From NCBI GenBank assembly GCA_009103225.1, contig RHPI01000773.1, positions 272,003 through 336,002 on the forward strand: a DNA stretch of 64,000 bases, written 5' to 3'. Origin of the DNA: Chlorokybus atmophyticus (Eukaryota > Plantae > Mesostigma and Chlorokybus algae). Positions 12,792 through 24,000 of this stretch are shown in pieces; positions within the stretch are counted from its first letter, which is position 1; each line of letters starts with the position of its first letter. Below the pieces are notes generated by a model, which did not search any database, had not been told where the DNA came from, and saw nothing but the letters and a program-made list of their open reading frames with translations. The position numbers and the translations under genes were made by a program.

Positions 12792-13290
12792 CATGGCATC
12801 ACCGTCTTAGCCTGTTTGGAGGAGTCGGCAGTGGCTTGGCAACCGTGCTGAGCGTGGGCATCCCAGTCAGCAAATACTTTTCTTGTGACCCAAGCCAGCA
12901 AGCACAAACATCAGTGTCTCACCACCTGCTTCAGATGCGCAAGAGGTTCCCACTGCTGAAATCGTCTGCAATAGCAGGTAGTCTTCGCGCCTTGCCTTAG
13001 GACATAACTCATCACAAGAAAACACCTGCGCTCATTGGGAGCTCCCCTTCGAGGTGTTGACATCGTCATCGCGGGATGGGAATTTCAAGGTCAATCACAA
13101 GCTGGCAAGGGACTCAGCCCGCAGAACCTCCGGTCCAAGCTGCTTAAGGAGTTAGTTCGTGTCATCCACACACTCAAGCAACAGCAACCTTACAGAGCAC
13201 CTGCATACATTCTCAAGAATGTATTTGCTCAATATAACCGATATAGCGACGTACGCGCTGATTACGCACAAGTCTGCACAATGCTTAGCA
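12792..13290 (+). pseudogene. Cytosine-5 DNA methyltransferase domain (N-terminal half, inactivated)
   Basis: Motif I GITVL/xLFGGVGSG is split by a 1-nt frameshift at ~12810. Motif IV-like VDIVIAGWEFQGQSQAG has TTT at the catalytic Cys position (13083-13085). RSKLLKELVRVI follows, then motif VI-like YILKNV (ENV with E to K). Confidence 0.85.
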
Positions 13291-13291
13291 C

Positions 13292-13420
13292 ACAACCAGC
13301 ATCAAACTCAATGGCAAGCATGCGTGTTGAGCGCTGTTCTTCCAAAAATACGACTTTACCATTACCCACAAGCCTAGCATTGACAACACAAACGCTGATG
13401 GCCTACGTCGCAATCCTAAC
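13292..13420 (+). pseudogene. C-terminal tail of Ty3/Gypsy RNase H
   Basis: The frame starting at 13292 reads TTSIKLNGKHAC*ALFFQKYDFTITHKPSIDNTNADGLRRNP. This matches the Gypsy RH-end consensus (ARWALxLQEYDFxIxHxPGxxNxxADxLSR). Confidence 0.8.
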
Positions 13421-13584
13421 CCCAACATGGTACACGCTACCGGCGCACGGTACAACGGCGACACGCCTCGCAAACACGCCATGTTGGTCGTTGCTGCTGG
13501 CATACGCGCTGAGGCTCGCACTCAAGTGCTTTAAGCTACTATATCCCTGCAAGTGAGAGCGACATCTGGACTAATAAACCCACC

Positions 13585-16279
13585 TTGCAACTGATCAAGA
13601 CCGGAGTTCTACTTAATGGTTTGGATCACACAGAAGCTAACCGCGCGCAGCACCGAGCAAAAAACCACACCTGGAACAACAACGCAGTCTGGCGCATCAT
13701 GAATGATGGGCAGCGCAAGAAGGTGCCTACCCTCAATCGCCGGGCATTCATCTTTGCCAACCTTCATCACCAGCTTGGCACTTCGGCGTGAAGTGCACCA
13801 CCAACCTGGTTCGCGGTGACTATTGGTGGAACGCAACTGAGCAGAGGTGCTGCGGTAGTGCAAGTTTTGTAACCGTATTCGTGCCAGCTTCTCACACTGA
13901 CACCCTCAGCTGCACCCTTTGCCCATTATGGGACTCGGTTATCGCACCGATAAAAATGGCCCCCCAACAGGTTGGTGTTGCTCTCAACTTGAATGAAGAT
14001 CTAGCTATAGCTTAATTAGGGATCCGCATGTAAGCAACATATTGGATTATGCATTTTTCCCTACTGCAGCCACAATTTAGTTTGGAATCTAGCTGCCATT
14101 AAGGTCAAGTAGTTGGTGTGCATTAAGTTCGGTATCCGTCTTTTCTCAAACTTATTAATGTCCACATCCTATAGTATATTTTGGTTAGATCATGTACTAA
14201 GGGGATCAAACTTTGCGTGATCTAACCAAAAATATTATGTCCGCAGTTTGCGGCAAATTGCTAAAACTCACTGGGAAGGAATTCACGACTGCATTGCCAA
14301 GTTTTAAACCTGCGCGAACGAGCCTTGGGATCGAGATACCAAGTAACGACATAAACACTGACCAAGTACACTACGACGACACTGAGCACCGCGTTTGTAA
14401 ACAATATAACCTTACAGCGGCTACCTCAATTATCTCACGTGCCGCAAGAAGTGTTTGATGGATTGCATGCATGTGTCACGCAACGCATGCACCAACAGCT
14501 GCATACAGTACATATGTGTATATATGTGTACATATATACACGGCTACCGATACCGGTATGTTGTTGCCGCTGCATACAGTGTACACAAATATATGTATAT
14601 ATACATATACATATATATATATATGTGTATATACATATATATGCCGGTAGCGTATATGCATATATATACGGCTACCAGTACCCGTGTTTTTGTGCTCAAT
14701 ACATAATCGGGAAGGAAACCACGGGAATGTGGGTGACTTGAGCATGAAGAATGTGTTAGACCTGCCGTCTCGTTCAATCGCAGCGCTTAATTACACGCAA
14801 ATGTTTGCATTAAGTTCCTTGCGTCACCTGTTTTGGCAAGGTTGTTTGCGGTGAGCTGGGGAAGTTTTTAACTCATGTGCTATTACTAATCATAACACAT
14901 GCAAGTAGTAGCCTTCTACATGTACTTGCTTGCCCCGCGGCCTGCTACTAACGGGGCAAGCCATAGACAGGCCGCGGGGTTGAACTCGGCAATGATAAGG
15001 TCATAATATTATTAGGGTTTGTAACAGTGCACCGTAATGGTCGTAACACACACCTTGTTAAGTATACATTCTCGCACTATTAATGGAACCGTTCACAACG
15101 TACATGATGATGTAAAAGGATTTAGCATGCAGCATAAATGCATTTTCGTACTGTCGCCGCGTCCTCAATTGCGTTGGAGAGTATAGTTGCATTGTTAATG
15201 ATTTGGTTGCAACTGTAATAACGATTTACACATGCCTTTCTCACGATCTAAACCTTTAATTACGTTAACGCCAAATCCTCAACATTGTTAAGGATTCGGT
15301 GCTTACGAATGTCACCGGCGGAGTGCCGTTTGTAACAGGTTGTAACAATATTTCGGCTACAGTCATAACATATATAAGCGTCCGCCATGATGTTTTTGGA
15401 AACCATTTATTTACGGCTCCGTTCGTCATAGAGTTGCGGATTCAACCTGACTTGCCACAACCCATTTACACCGGTGTCGCTGGAGTATTGACCTTGCAGG
15501 CGAGCTGCCAATCACTCGTCGTGGCAACCTGTACATATTTGTCGCCATCGAGCACTTTAGCAGTGGGTTGAGTTGGTAACCTGCCAGACAAGACTGCATC
15601 TACGGTGACTCGGGTCTACCTTAAGCACATCCTCGGTAGATTCAACGCCTGCGCAGAGCTCCTCACCGACAGCGGCACTGAATTCCAAGCGGAATTCGGC
15701 ATCTTGCTCAACCGCTCACTCGTTGATCACCATCGCACCAGCCGTGATCATCCGCAAGCTGATGGCCTGGCAGAAAGGATGGTGCAGATCGTTAAGAAGG
15801 CATTGTTGCGCTACTGTGCGACACACCGATAGGAAGAGTGGGATGATTTTCTGCCCTGCCTTGCGATGGGGTACCGCTGCGCTACGCAAGCAGCCGTGCA
15901 TTCCTTCAACCCGTATTTTCTCATGGTTGGGAGAGAACCACTGCTGCCCTTTCACATACTTCACGCCACGCAAGCCGTAGAAGACCTCATCAATAAGCCC
16001 ACGCACATGATGGAGGTACTCACTGCACGTGCCGCTATATCAAGGGCATCCGTGCCCATGGCTCTGGCCAACCTAAAGACAGCAAAACAACGAGACAAGG
16101 GGCGCTATGAATTCGTGCTCAATGGAGGCTACATCACTAGACACGCAAATTGCACGTCAGGCTACGTCTACCGCAAGAAGCAGACTACAAACACCTTTGA
16201 CCCTGCCAGCTACGGCACTGTGTACAAGGTTGTACAGGCTCGCGCCACGGGCACTCTGTCTCTAGGGCTCCATCTATAA
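13585..16279 (+). pseudogene. Integrase (Zn-binding plus rve core), interrupted by a nested insertion
   Basis: VPTLNRRAFIFANLHHQLG/HFG...DYWW Zn-binding region. LHPLPIMGLGYR|WSIDLAGELP is rejoined across the insertion. The core continues LLTDSGTEF...HPQADGLAERMVQIVK. Confidence 0.9.
13945..15476. mobile_element. Non-autonomous DNA transposon, CMC/CACTA-like ends, 3-bp TSD
   Basis: TIRs CACCGATAAAAATGG (13945-13959) and CCATTTACACCGGTG (15462-15476) match 12/15. TCG flanks both sides (13942-13944, 15477-15479). Removing the element and one TCG restores GYRWSID. A TA-rich tract lies at ~14510-14670. Confidence 0.85.
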
Positions 16280-16374
16280 AAACTGAAGATGACCATGTGC
16301 AAAGCTGCTTCCCATGTCGTCTCCCGTACGTGGAAGGCCTTGGCAAACCTCGCCGGGTTCCACGGACCGAGCAA

Positions 16375-16491
16375 TGCACCGGCTGCGCCTCAAACCGCTG
16401 CTCTTTGATGGAATGTGACGCCTGCTTGGAATACTGGCATAAAGCTTGCAACCTCGGTGAGACACGCGCTGCGCGGCCGATCCCAATGTAG
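16375..16491 (+). pseudogene. PHD finger at the polyprotein C-terminus
   Basis: CTGC...MECDACLEYWHKAC supplies the first six ligands of C4-H-C3. The last Cys pair is not seen in frame. Confidence 0.7.
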
Positions 16492-16783
16492 CCTCATCCT
16501 CTACCAGCCAACCATGGCGCTGTTACAGATGCCAAACTCATCACGGGGACGCTGATGACCAGGCCAGGGGGGGGGGGGGGGGGGGNNNNNNNNNNNNNNN
16601 NNNNNNNNNNNNNNNNNNNNNNNNNNNNNNNNNNNNNNNNNNNNNNNNNNNNNNNNNNNNNNNNNNNNNNNNNNNNNNNNNNNNNNNNNNNNNNNNNNNN
16701 NNNNNNNNNNNNNNNNNNNNNNNNNNNNNNNNNNNNNNNNNNNNNNNNNNNNNNNNNNNNNNNNNNNNNNNNNNNNNNNNNNN

Positions 16784-16835
16784 GGGGGTGCTTGTTGAGT
16801 AACTGCCATCCGATAGTTACTCAACAAGCACCCCC
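16784..16835. repeat. Perfect 21-bp stem hairpin with 10-nt loop
   Basis: GGGGGTGCTTGTTGAGTAACT-gccatccgat-AGTTACTCAACAAGCACCCCC. Confidence 0.9.
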
Positions 16836-17759
16836 CCGATGCCTAGTTTGTATGAGGCTCATACCAAGCGTAGGGGACCACTCAGTTTTCCCCTCCTCCC
16901 TGTCTCCTGCACCTACCACCACACCACCACTACGAGTACAGCAGCCCCTATGCTCCTTACTCTCCCCATCGCAACTTCGCATGCTGCCTTGCAGCATTGC
17001 GTACTCTTCACACTTGTGCGCTTCACCGTACGCGCTCCCATTGCGAGACATACCCCGCGGTCGAGCCTTGCATGCACGACACTGTGCTCGCTATACGTAT
17101 ATGCTTGTACCCTATGTGTGCCATGCTATGCTGACCTCGTGCTTTAGAAAGTATGCAATGCAGAACGCGCGCATGCATGACACATGCAACTACCACCAGC
17201 ATGTACACACAATCATCAAGTACACCACCGGGCTTTGCACTCATTAGTACACTACCTACTTATCTACCTTCACTGCCGCCCAACACCCCGTTAGTTACAC
17301 ATGAACACATGAACACATTTTTGTGTGCATGTTGATGATACTGACCACAAATTTTGTACATGTCCTTGGGTGTGTAGGTTGATTAGACCTCAAACAACCC
17401 CCCACCACTACGACCTTGCCTCCGGATGTGTTTACTGAATGTGTAGTATTATACAAATCTAGAGAGGGGTGTCATCAGCAGCCATAATCCATAAACTCAC
17501 TAATATGAACAATAGCCCACAATGTTGAACAGAGAACCCACAACTAATAACAACGCGCATACGCAGCAGCAAGGGAGCAGCACTAAGGGCTGCCCCTTGT
17601 GCTTGCCATGTGTTTCCTGGTTCTCCTCACAATGCCAATGCTCAGCAGCTGGTGCGTAGGCAACATATCGCAGAACTTTGCGACTTTGCAACCAATTCTA
17701 GTCATGCTGCTAAATGGCTAACCACTTACTAATGGACTAAACTATTGCTACTACCAGCA

Positions 17760-20634
17760 TCAAGACTTGGTGCTCAACTGCTCACTATCAGAAGGTGATG
17801 GCTGCTCATTGTCTAGTGAAACTGCTGTATGCAAAGGTGCATCTGTTTGAGGCACACTGTCATGCCCATTAAACAGTGACGCCTCTTCAGCTGCCGATTC
17901 TTCCTCTTGCTTCTCCTCGGTGAGCACATCTTGCAGGGTCTGCAGATGCAGTAGCAAGTATTGTGTTGTAGTGTGACAAAGTAACTCAGCAAGTAGGGTC
18001 ATACGGTTTGAAGCACACCTGAGTCCGTTGTCGTCGAGACTCGCGGCGATGCTTCTTCATCTCCAACTTAGGCTCCATTTGAGTCGCTCCACTACCTTTT
18101 GACTTGTATCTGCAGTGATGTTGGCTCAAAAAGCTGCGGCAATGCTGCTTGGCACCGCATAGGACATGTGCATGGCACTTGGTGCATGCACTACATCCAT
18201 GATGTCAATTGCAATTTACCGAACACTGGTCTCGCGCTTATTCATGGTTTGTCGCTCGGCTTGTTCACGTTTTTCAACCTGGTTCATCAGTGCAGCATAG
18301 TGGTCATACCTGCCATACAAATCATCCTGTCAGAAAGCCAGTACCGCACAGGAATGTATCATTGCAAAAACATGATGTCAGCTTGCGCATTGGTGGTCAC
18401 AGTAAGTGATAGGCAAGGTGCAATATTTTTTATACCGCTCCCAGTCTCCGCGAGCAGCACAGTCAGGCTCTGCGCGATGAGTACAGTTTGCAAAGGCGCA
18501 AGCACTGGTTTCCAGCCTTGTCCGTATCTGCATGCCATGTGTTTAGCAAGATAGAACACCACACTCCCACAGTAGTCAAGTTACAATTTTAAGTCGCACC
18601 TCAGGAAAGCACATAGGCAGCTGTTCTGAGCTTATGTTATTTAGAGATGGTTGACTAAAGCCAGGAGTGTCGGCAAGCAATCCCCCGTTGGGCATCTTCA
18701 AGAGCTCTACATGACGAGTAGTGTGTCGTCCCCGGCCATCGCGCTCGGACACAGTACCTACCTACGAGCCAGTACGGGATCAGCCACTGATGTCAACCAG
18801 TGGCTAGTCCCGTTACAAAACCATTGGCCAAAGAGCATACCATCAGCTCACCGCAAGCTGTGTCTCTAAGTCTGTCTCAGCTGCAACATCATGGCCATTG
18901 ACACTGTTCGAACGCAGGTGGTTGATTAAACTAGACTTGCCAACACCACTTGGGCCAGCCACCTGACAAATGCCACTATGATGTAGATAATTTGGTATTA
19001 GTATACAAAGAAGCACGCTGGCCATCACGGAAGCCTCACCACTGTAACCCTGTCAACAAGTGTTGGCCGTAGCTCAGCAACATTCTGCCCAGTGTACACG
19101 CTGATCATCACAGGCTTGTAACCCCATCCTTCTAATCGCTCCCGCCAGGAGTCTCTAATCTCCGGCTCAATCAAATCCATCTGCATAGTTGCTGATGATG
19201 TTCTGCTTGCCAAACATTGCACACGACTGCGGAGGAGAGAGACAAGCAACCTAACTGCACCTTGTTCAAGGCCAGTGTCACAGGGACACCCGACGCTTCA
19301 GCCGCTACCAAAAACTTGTCCAGCTGGTGAAAAGATGTAAATACGTTGGCAAGTCGTGGAAATCGTTGTGTGGAAGTAACAGCACAGGCCATAGGCTAAC
19401 AAGCGAAGCAGCGCAGTACCTGCTTACGTTCAAGTGCTGGCCTTGTCAATGAAAAAAGCAGCAGGAGATGATCAACATTGGCTATTGCCACATCAGGAAT
19501 CTCGTTCCGCCTGTCGGCAACATCTTCTATCATGCCTGGATTGCATGCAAGCAGTATATGAGCTAAATGCGCATGTGAACGTATCCTTGACATCAAAACA
19601 ATAAACATTTGTACTAATACATTGAAGCAAGGTTGTGAGCATACCACGCTTGTCCACCCAATCAATAGCCCGCACGATGACGCTGTCCCCAACAAGAACC
19701 CGCTTCTTGATCTTCTTCATGACTGCTTTAACAACACACAACAGCTCTACGCCAACAGCTGGGACAGCTAGGTTAGCTTCTGGAACACCTGCAGCACAGC
19801 TGGTGGTCTGCTCAGGAGGGAAAGCCAGTGCCCATGCATGACTTGGCAACCGTGCAGCAACTATGTGCTTGTGCGTAACAAGCGCCAACTCCATACCGTT
19901 TGCTGTTGCATTATGTTCAACTATTGACCCTTCGCCAACTGCCTCGACCAAGACGCGCATGAAGTTCGCTTGTGCCGCAATCACCTGCGCCATAATGTGG
20001 CTTGAGGTCAACCAGAAACTCCACAAGCCAACCTTTTGTGTAAACCAAGCTATGACAGCAGCAATAGATCTGCACGCTTACACGACATACATAGCTGCAG
20101 GTTGAGAGTGCTACAATCTAATAACTTCTGCGACACGGTGCACGGTGTCAAACACGTGTTGCAGACTGCGTGACCCAACCTCTAATTGGCCATGCACACA
20201 ACTTTCAACACGTGCACATCTTTCGAAATGAGGCATGTATGCAACTAACAGAGATGACCAATGCACGCTGCCAGAGCACGACCACAATGTATTCATTCCA
20301 CCGATCCGCTGCTCTGTACCTTTCCAATTGCGTCTCCAGGCCCCAGCTGCTGCGTGAACGCCGCCGCCGCCGCAGCTTTACCATCATCAGCATCGTCAGC
20401 TCCAGACGTCCCCGCAGCTGCTTGACAGCGGCAGCTGCGACGAGTGGAAGAGATGCAGAGCTCAACGCAAAGCTTTGCTAAAGAGAGGCGGCAGCTGCGG
20501 CCTGCACTGCTGCCGTTCCCCCGGCGATATGCCAGGTGGACTGTCTTCCCTCTGCTCGCTGCTGGCCTGGTTCGCAAAGCACTAGCTGTCACAATAGTAG
20601 CATAAGCCGCCTGCGCTACCGCCTGCGCCGCCAT
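17760..20634 (-). CDS. rsgA: Small ribosomal subunit biogenesis GTPase RsgA-like, organelle-targeted (multi-exon)
   Basis: Exons read VIAAQANFMRV, VELLCVVKAVMKKIKKRVLVGD, VANVDHLLLLFSL and G1 box GPSGVGKSSLIN. The N-terminus is Ala/Arg-rich and transit-like. Confidence 0.9.
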
Positions 20635-21033
20635 AGGCTAACAACCAGGCCGCCAGGACGCGCAGTGGCTTGGTTTGGCCTGATACTGGTGTTAAGTCTG
20701 ACTGCTTCACCACTACCTTAACCTCGGTTCCCATTGATATCGCTTCTCGTGGCAGAATCTCCACCTAACCAGTGCGGATATCGTTATATGGTAACGCAAC
20801 AAGCCAAATGCGCGTAACCAAGCTTCGGTGCAGGGTTTGGCAGCAGCGGCCTCCGCCTGGCCTCGCGGTGGCCTGGTCTGGCCACCGGGCTTGGGTCATG
20901 GAGGGGAAGCGTTTTGGATGAAGTGGACTTCTGTCCTGCTGACTGGGCGAGGCTTGGCCACAGCTTGATGCGAAGCACGCAGTTCATCCTTGCTTCGCCA
21001 GGCCGTAACGTCAGTAGTGGACTGTAGGCAGCC

Positions 21034-24000
21034 ATGGTGACCTGCTGCGGAGGCTACAGATCGGGGGCGAAAGCCCCCGTCAAGCGTTACAAGATGCTGG
21101 TTTCAGACGTGTTCCCCCGTAATCAGGTGTGTGTTGGTGGTTGCTGTATGGTATGCACTGCACGCAGCTGCTGCTGTGCTTACCAGTAGTTCATGCGCCT
21201 CATTAGCATCCTTCATTGTTGGTTGCACGAAGTGCCTTTACGACAGCTAGCAAAGTCACCGCCTTCACATGTCACTGTCATACATAGCAACCAGCTTCAA
21301 GCCAAATGGCAATTCAGCTGCCACCCTGCACTGTTCGCACTGCTGCGTCACATAGTTGCTAGATGCCTCTGAACGTTGTTGAAGTTAAGGAAGCAAATCA
21401 TCAGTGTAATCACCTTATGATCCGTACACTGAAGTACCGCTTAGGAAGACGTGGGTCAAGCCTCCTGACGTGTTGCATTCTGCCGTTATGTACATTATGA
21501 CAGTAGTGCTCTTCCCTTACTCTTGTAGTTGACCTTACCAAGTTTTGGAGTAATTTACACACGTGCATGTTGTCTGTGAACGGTGCAGGAAGTCAACAAC
21601 AGAAAGATATCGAAGTTATGTGACTATGCGCAAAAGAACCCGCAAAGCATTCCCAAGGTAAGGGCTGTAAACTTGCTATTGTAAGCATATATGCTTGTCA
21701 TGGTTTGTGAATTACAGCGTGCACACATCTTGATATGCCTGTGCAGATTGCTCAAATCCTGGAGCAGCGCGCATTCAAGGAGCTTCGTGCTGAGAAGTAT
21801 GGTCATGTCACGTGTGCCATGAAAGCATTCAGCAAGATGCTGCATGCCTGCAGGACAGACATGTAAGTCACATGCTTTTGAACCGCTGTTGGTCTTGATG
21901 TGCCCCTTTGTCATTCAAGCCTTACTGCCGGACGGCAGTAAGGCTTGAACAGATCTGATGTTGCTTTCTGTGATACAGCTCAGCATTTGCACAAACTGTG
22001 TTGACACTGGTGCGAACGCTCCTTGATCATCGAGAGGATGACATGCGTGTGCTGGGCGCACAGACTCTGTACGAGTTTGAAGTTGTGCAGGTCTGCTCAT
22101 TGAAGTTTGCTCACGTCGGCATTCGTGCAGTGTGGTCTCCACACCTGTTCATTATTGACTTGACCTTTGCTCATGCAGAACGATGCCGCATACATGCTTC
22201 AGCTGGACAGTCTGGTTCCCAGGGTGTGTGACTTGACGAGACAGACAGGGGAGCGCAGGAAAAAGCTCAAACTTGTTGGCCTCCGCTGCCTTCTGGAAAT
22301 GGTAGTTCACTTTACTGTGCACCTGGCTGCGCTGCGATTGCGCGCATTTGCTGTGCGGATTTGGATGCCAAGTTAGCCAATTGGCAAGGTGTGAGATTGT
22401 GGTGTTTGTGCACTTGCAGGTACGGCTGATGGAAAGGACTTCACAGCTGTCCGCAGCCATGGATGAGGTATGATGATCGTTGTTGCCTAATCAATACCAG
22501 CAGGTTGGCCAGCATATGGCCATTGGTGAACACTGAAGCACTCGTTGCAGTCATTTGTTCGCTCAAATACTGTGCAACGTGTTGTACGACGAACCGATGA
22601 TGACGTAGACGTGTCATATTCGCAGATAGTCACCACCATCCTTGATAACATAGATGTCAGCTCTGGCATGGATGGAGAGCACAAGGAGAAAGGCAAATTC
22701 AAGCGAGAAGGTGATAGATCAAAGTGCATACAAGCTGCCTGCACTTTGCTGAAGGCACTGACCTGCTCTGCTGACAGGCCTGCATGCTGTGGCAAACCTG
22801 GCACATAGGGTTGGCATGGATGACTTTGCAGCAAAAGCTCAGAAACAAGCCGACACCCCTGGAGATGTCTCACGGGATGCTCTCCGCGCTTTGGGTCGTC
22901 TGGCCAGGGAGGTATGCAGCATTGAACTAGCCTACTTTGCACTCAAGAGGTTGTGTTTCATGAATTATTTAACTGTTGTAGGCATCTACTGCACGGCGCG
23001 TGCTCGAACCCATGCTTCGGTTTATGGACAAGTACAAACACTGGGTACGACAGTTGTTAGTGGCCCGTACCTAGCTGTTGTTTGCTTCAAGAGTTGTTGA
23101 ATCTGACATATGGGTGCAGACGGATGGGAGTGGCATTGCTGAGTCCGCGGTCAAATGGCTGCAAGACTCGCATGCGGATGGTAGCTACTTGCTGATATCT
23201 GTGCTGGTGTTGCATTGCCATTCAAAAGAAGTGCAGGACAACCCTCAAGTCAAGGTATAGGAAGCAAGCAACTAGCAGTCGCAGTTGTATGAAGCTTAAT
23301 GGGCATCGCGAGGAAGTTGAGGAAGTTGTGTGCTCATCTATGTGCATCATGCAAAACAGGCTGCAGTCGTCAGGCAAATTGCCAAAGTGACAGAGCGGTC
23401 GAAAGTCAACATCTCGAGTGCTGTCCCTGTAGCCTTGCGTGACCTTATCAGGCACTACAGAGCAAGGTATGATGAATGATAGTTTTGGTCTTTTGTCAAC
23501 CAGCCACCAGCGTTGCAAGGCACTGCATACATCTCCAGACTGAGTGCAAGTGACTGTTTTACACAGCGTTGAGGCCAGTCCGGATGAGAATCTGAGGCCA
23601 GTTGAAGAGTCGCAGTTGCTTGATGCCATAACAGATTGCATAACAGTTCTGGCGAGAAAGGTATGCGCATGTGGGTTTGTCGAGCAGTTTGTATTGGCGC
23701 AGCCAATCTGCCTGCCCTGGCGGCTTATATTAGCGGCACTGCAGATTGGCGATCCCTGGCCTCTGATGGAGATTCTAGCGGGCATCTTGGAAAAGCTTCC
23801 GCAATCACCACTCCAAGCACAGGCCTGCCTAAAGGCCGTTCTTGTCACAGCACATGCCATCTCACATCTGCCACCATCAGAAAAGATGCGTCATCTGGCC
23901 CCAGCCTTCCCACAGGTAACACTGCTTTGTAACCGTACTGGCTTGATGGATTGCATCAGCCACCGAGTCATCATGTATCAAACAATCGCAGCGGTTGGGC

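Larger units (their letters stand above)
6300..16585 (+). mobile_element. Decayed Ty3/Gypsy-type LTR retrotransposon carrying a C5 DNA methyltransferase and a PHD finger
   Basis: Ordered remnants are gag with CCHC knuckle, aspartic protease (DTGA), DNMT motifs I/IV/VI, RNase H tail, integrase Zn-binding and rve core, PHD, then a G-rich tract at 16567-16585. Many stops and frameshifts. LTRs could not be identified, so the ends are approximate. Confidence 0.85.
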
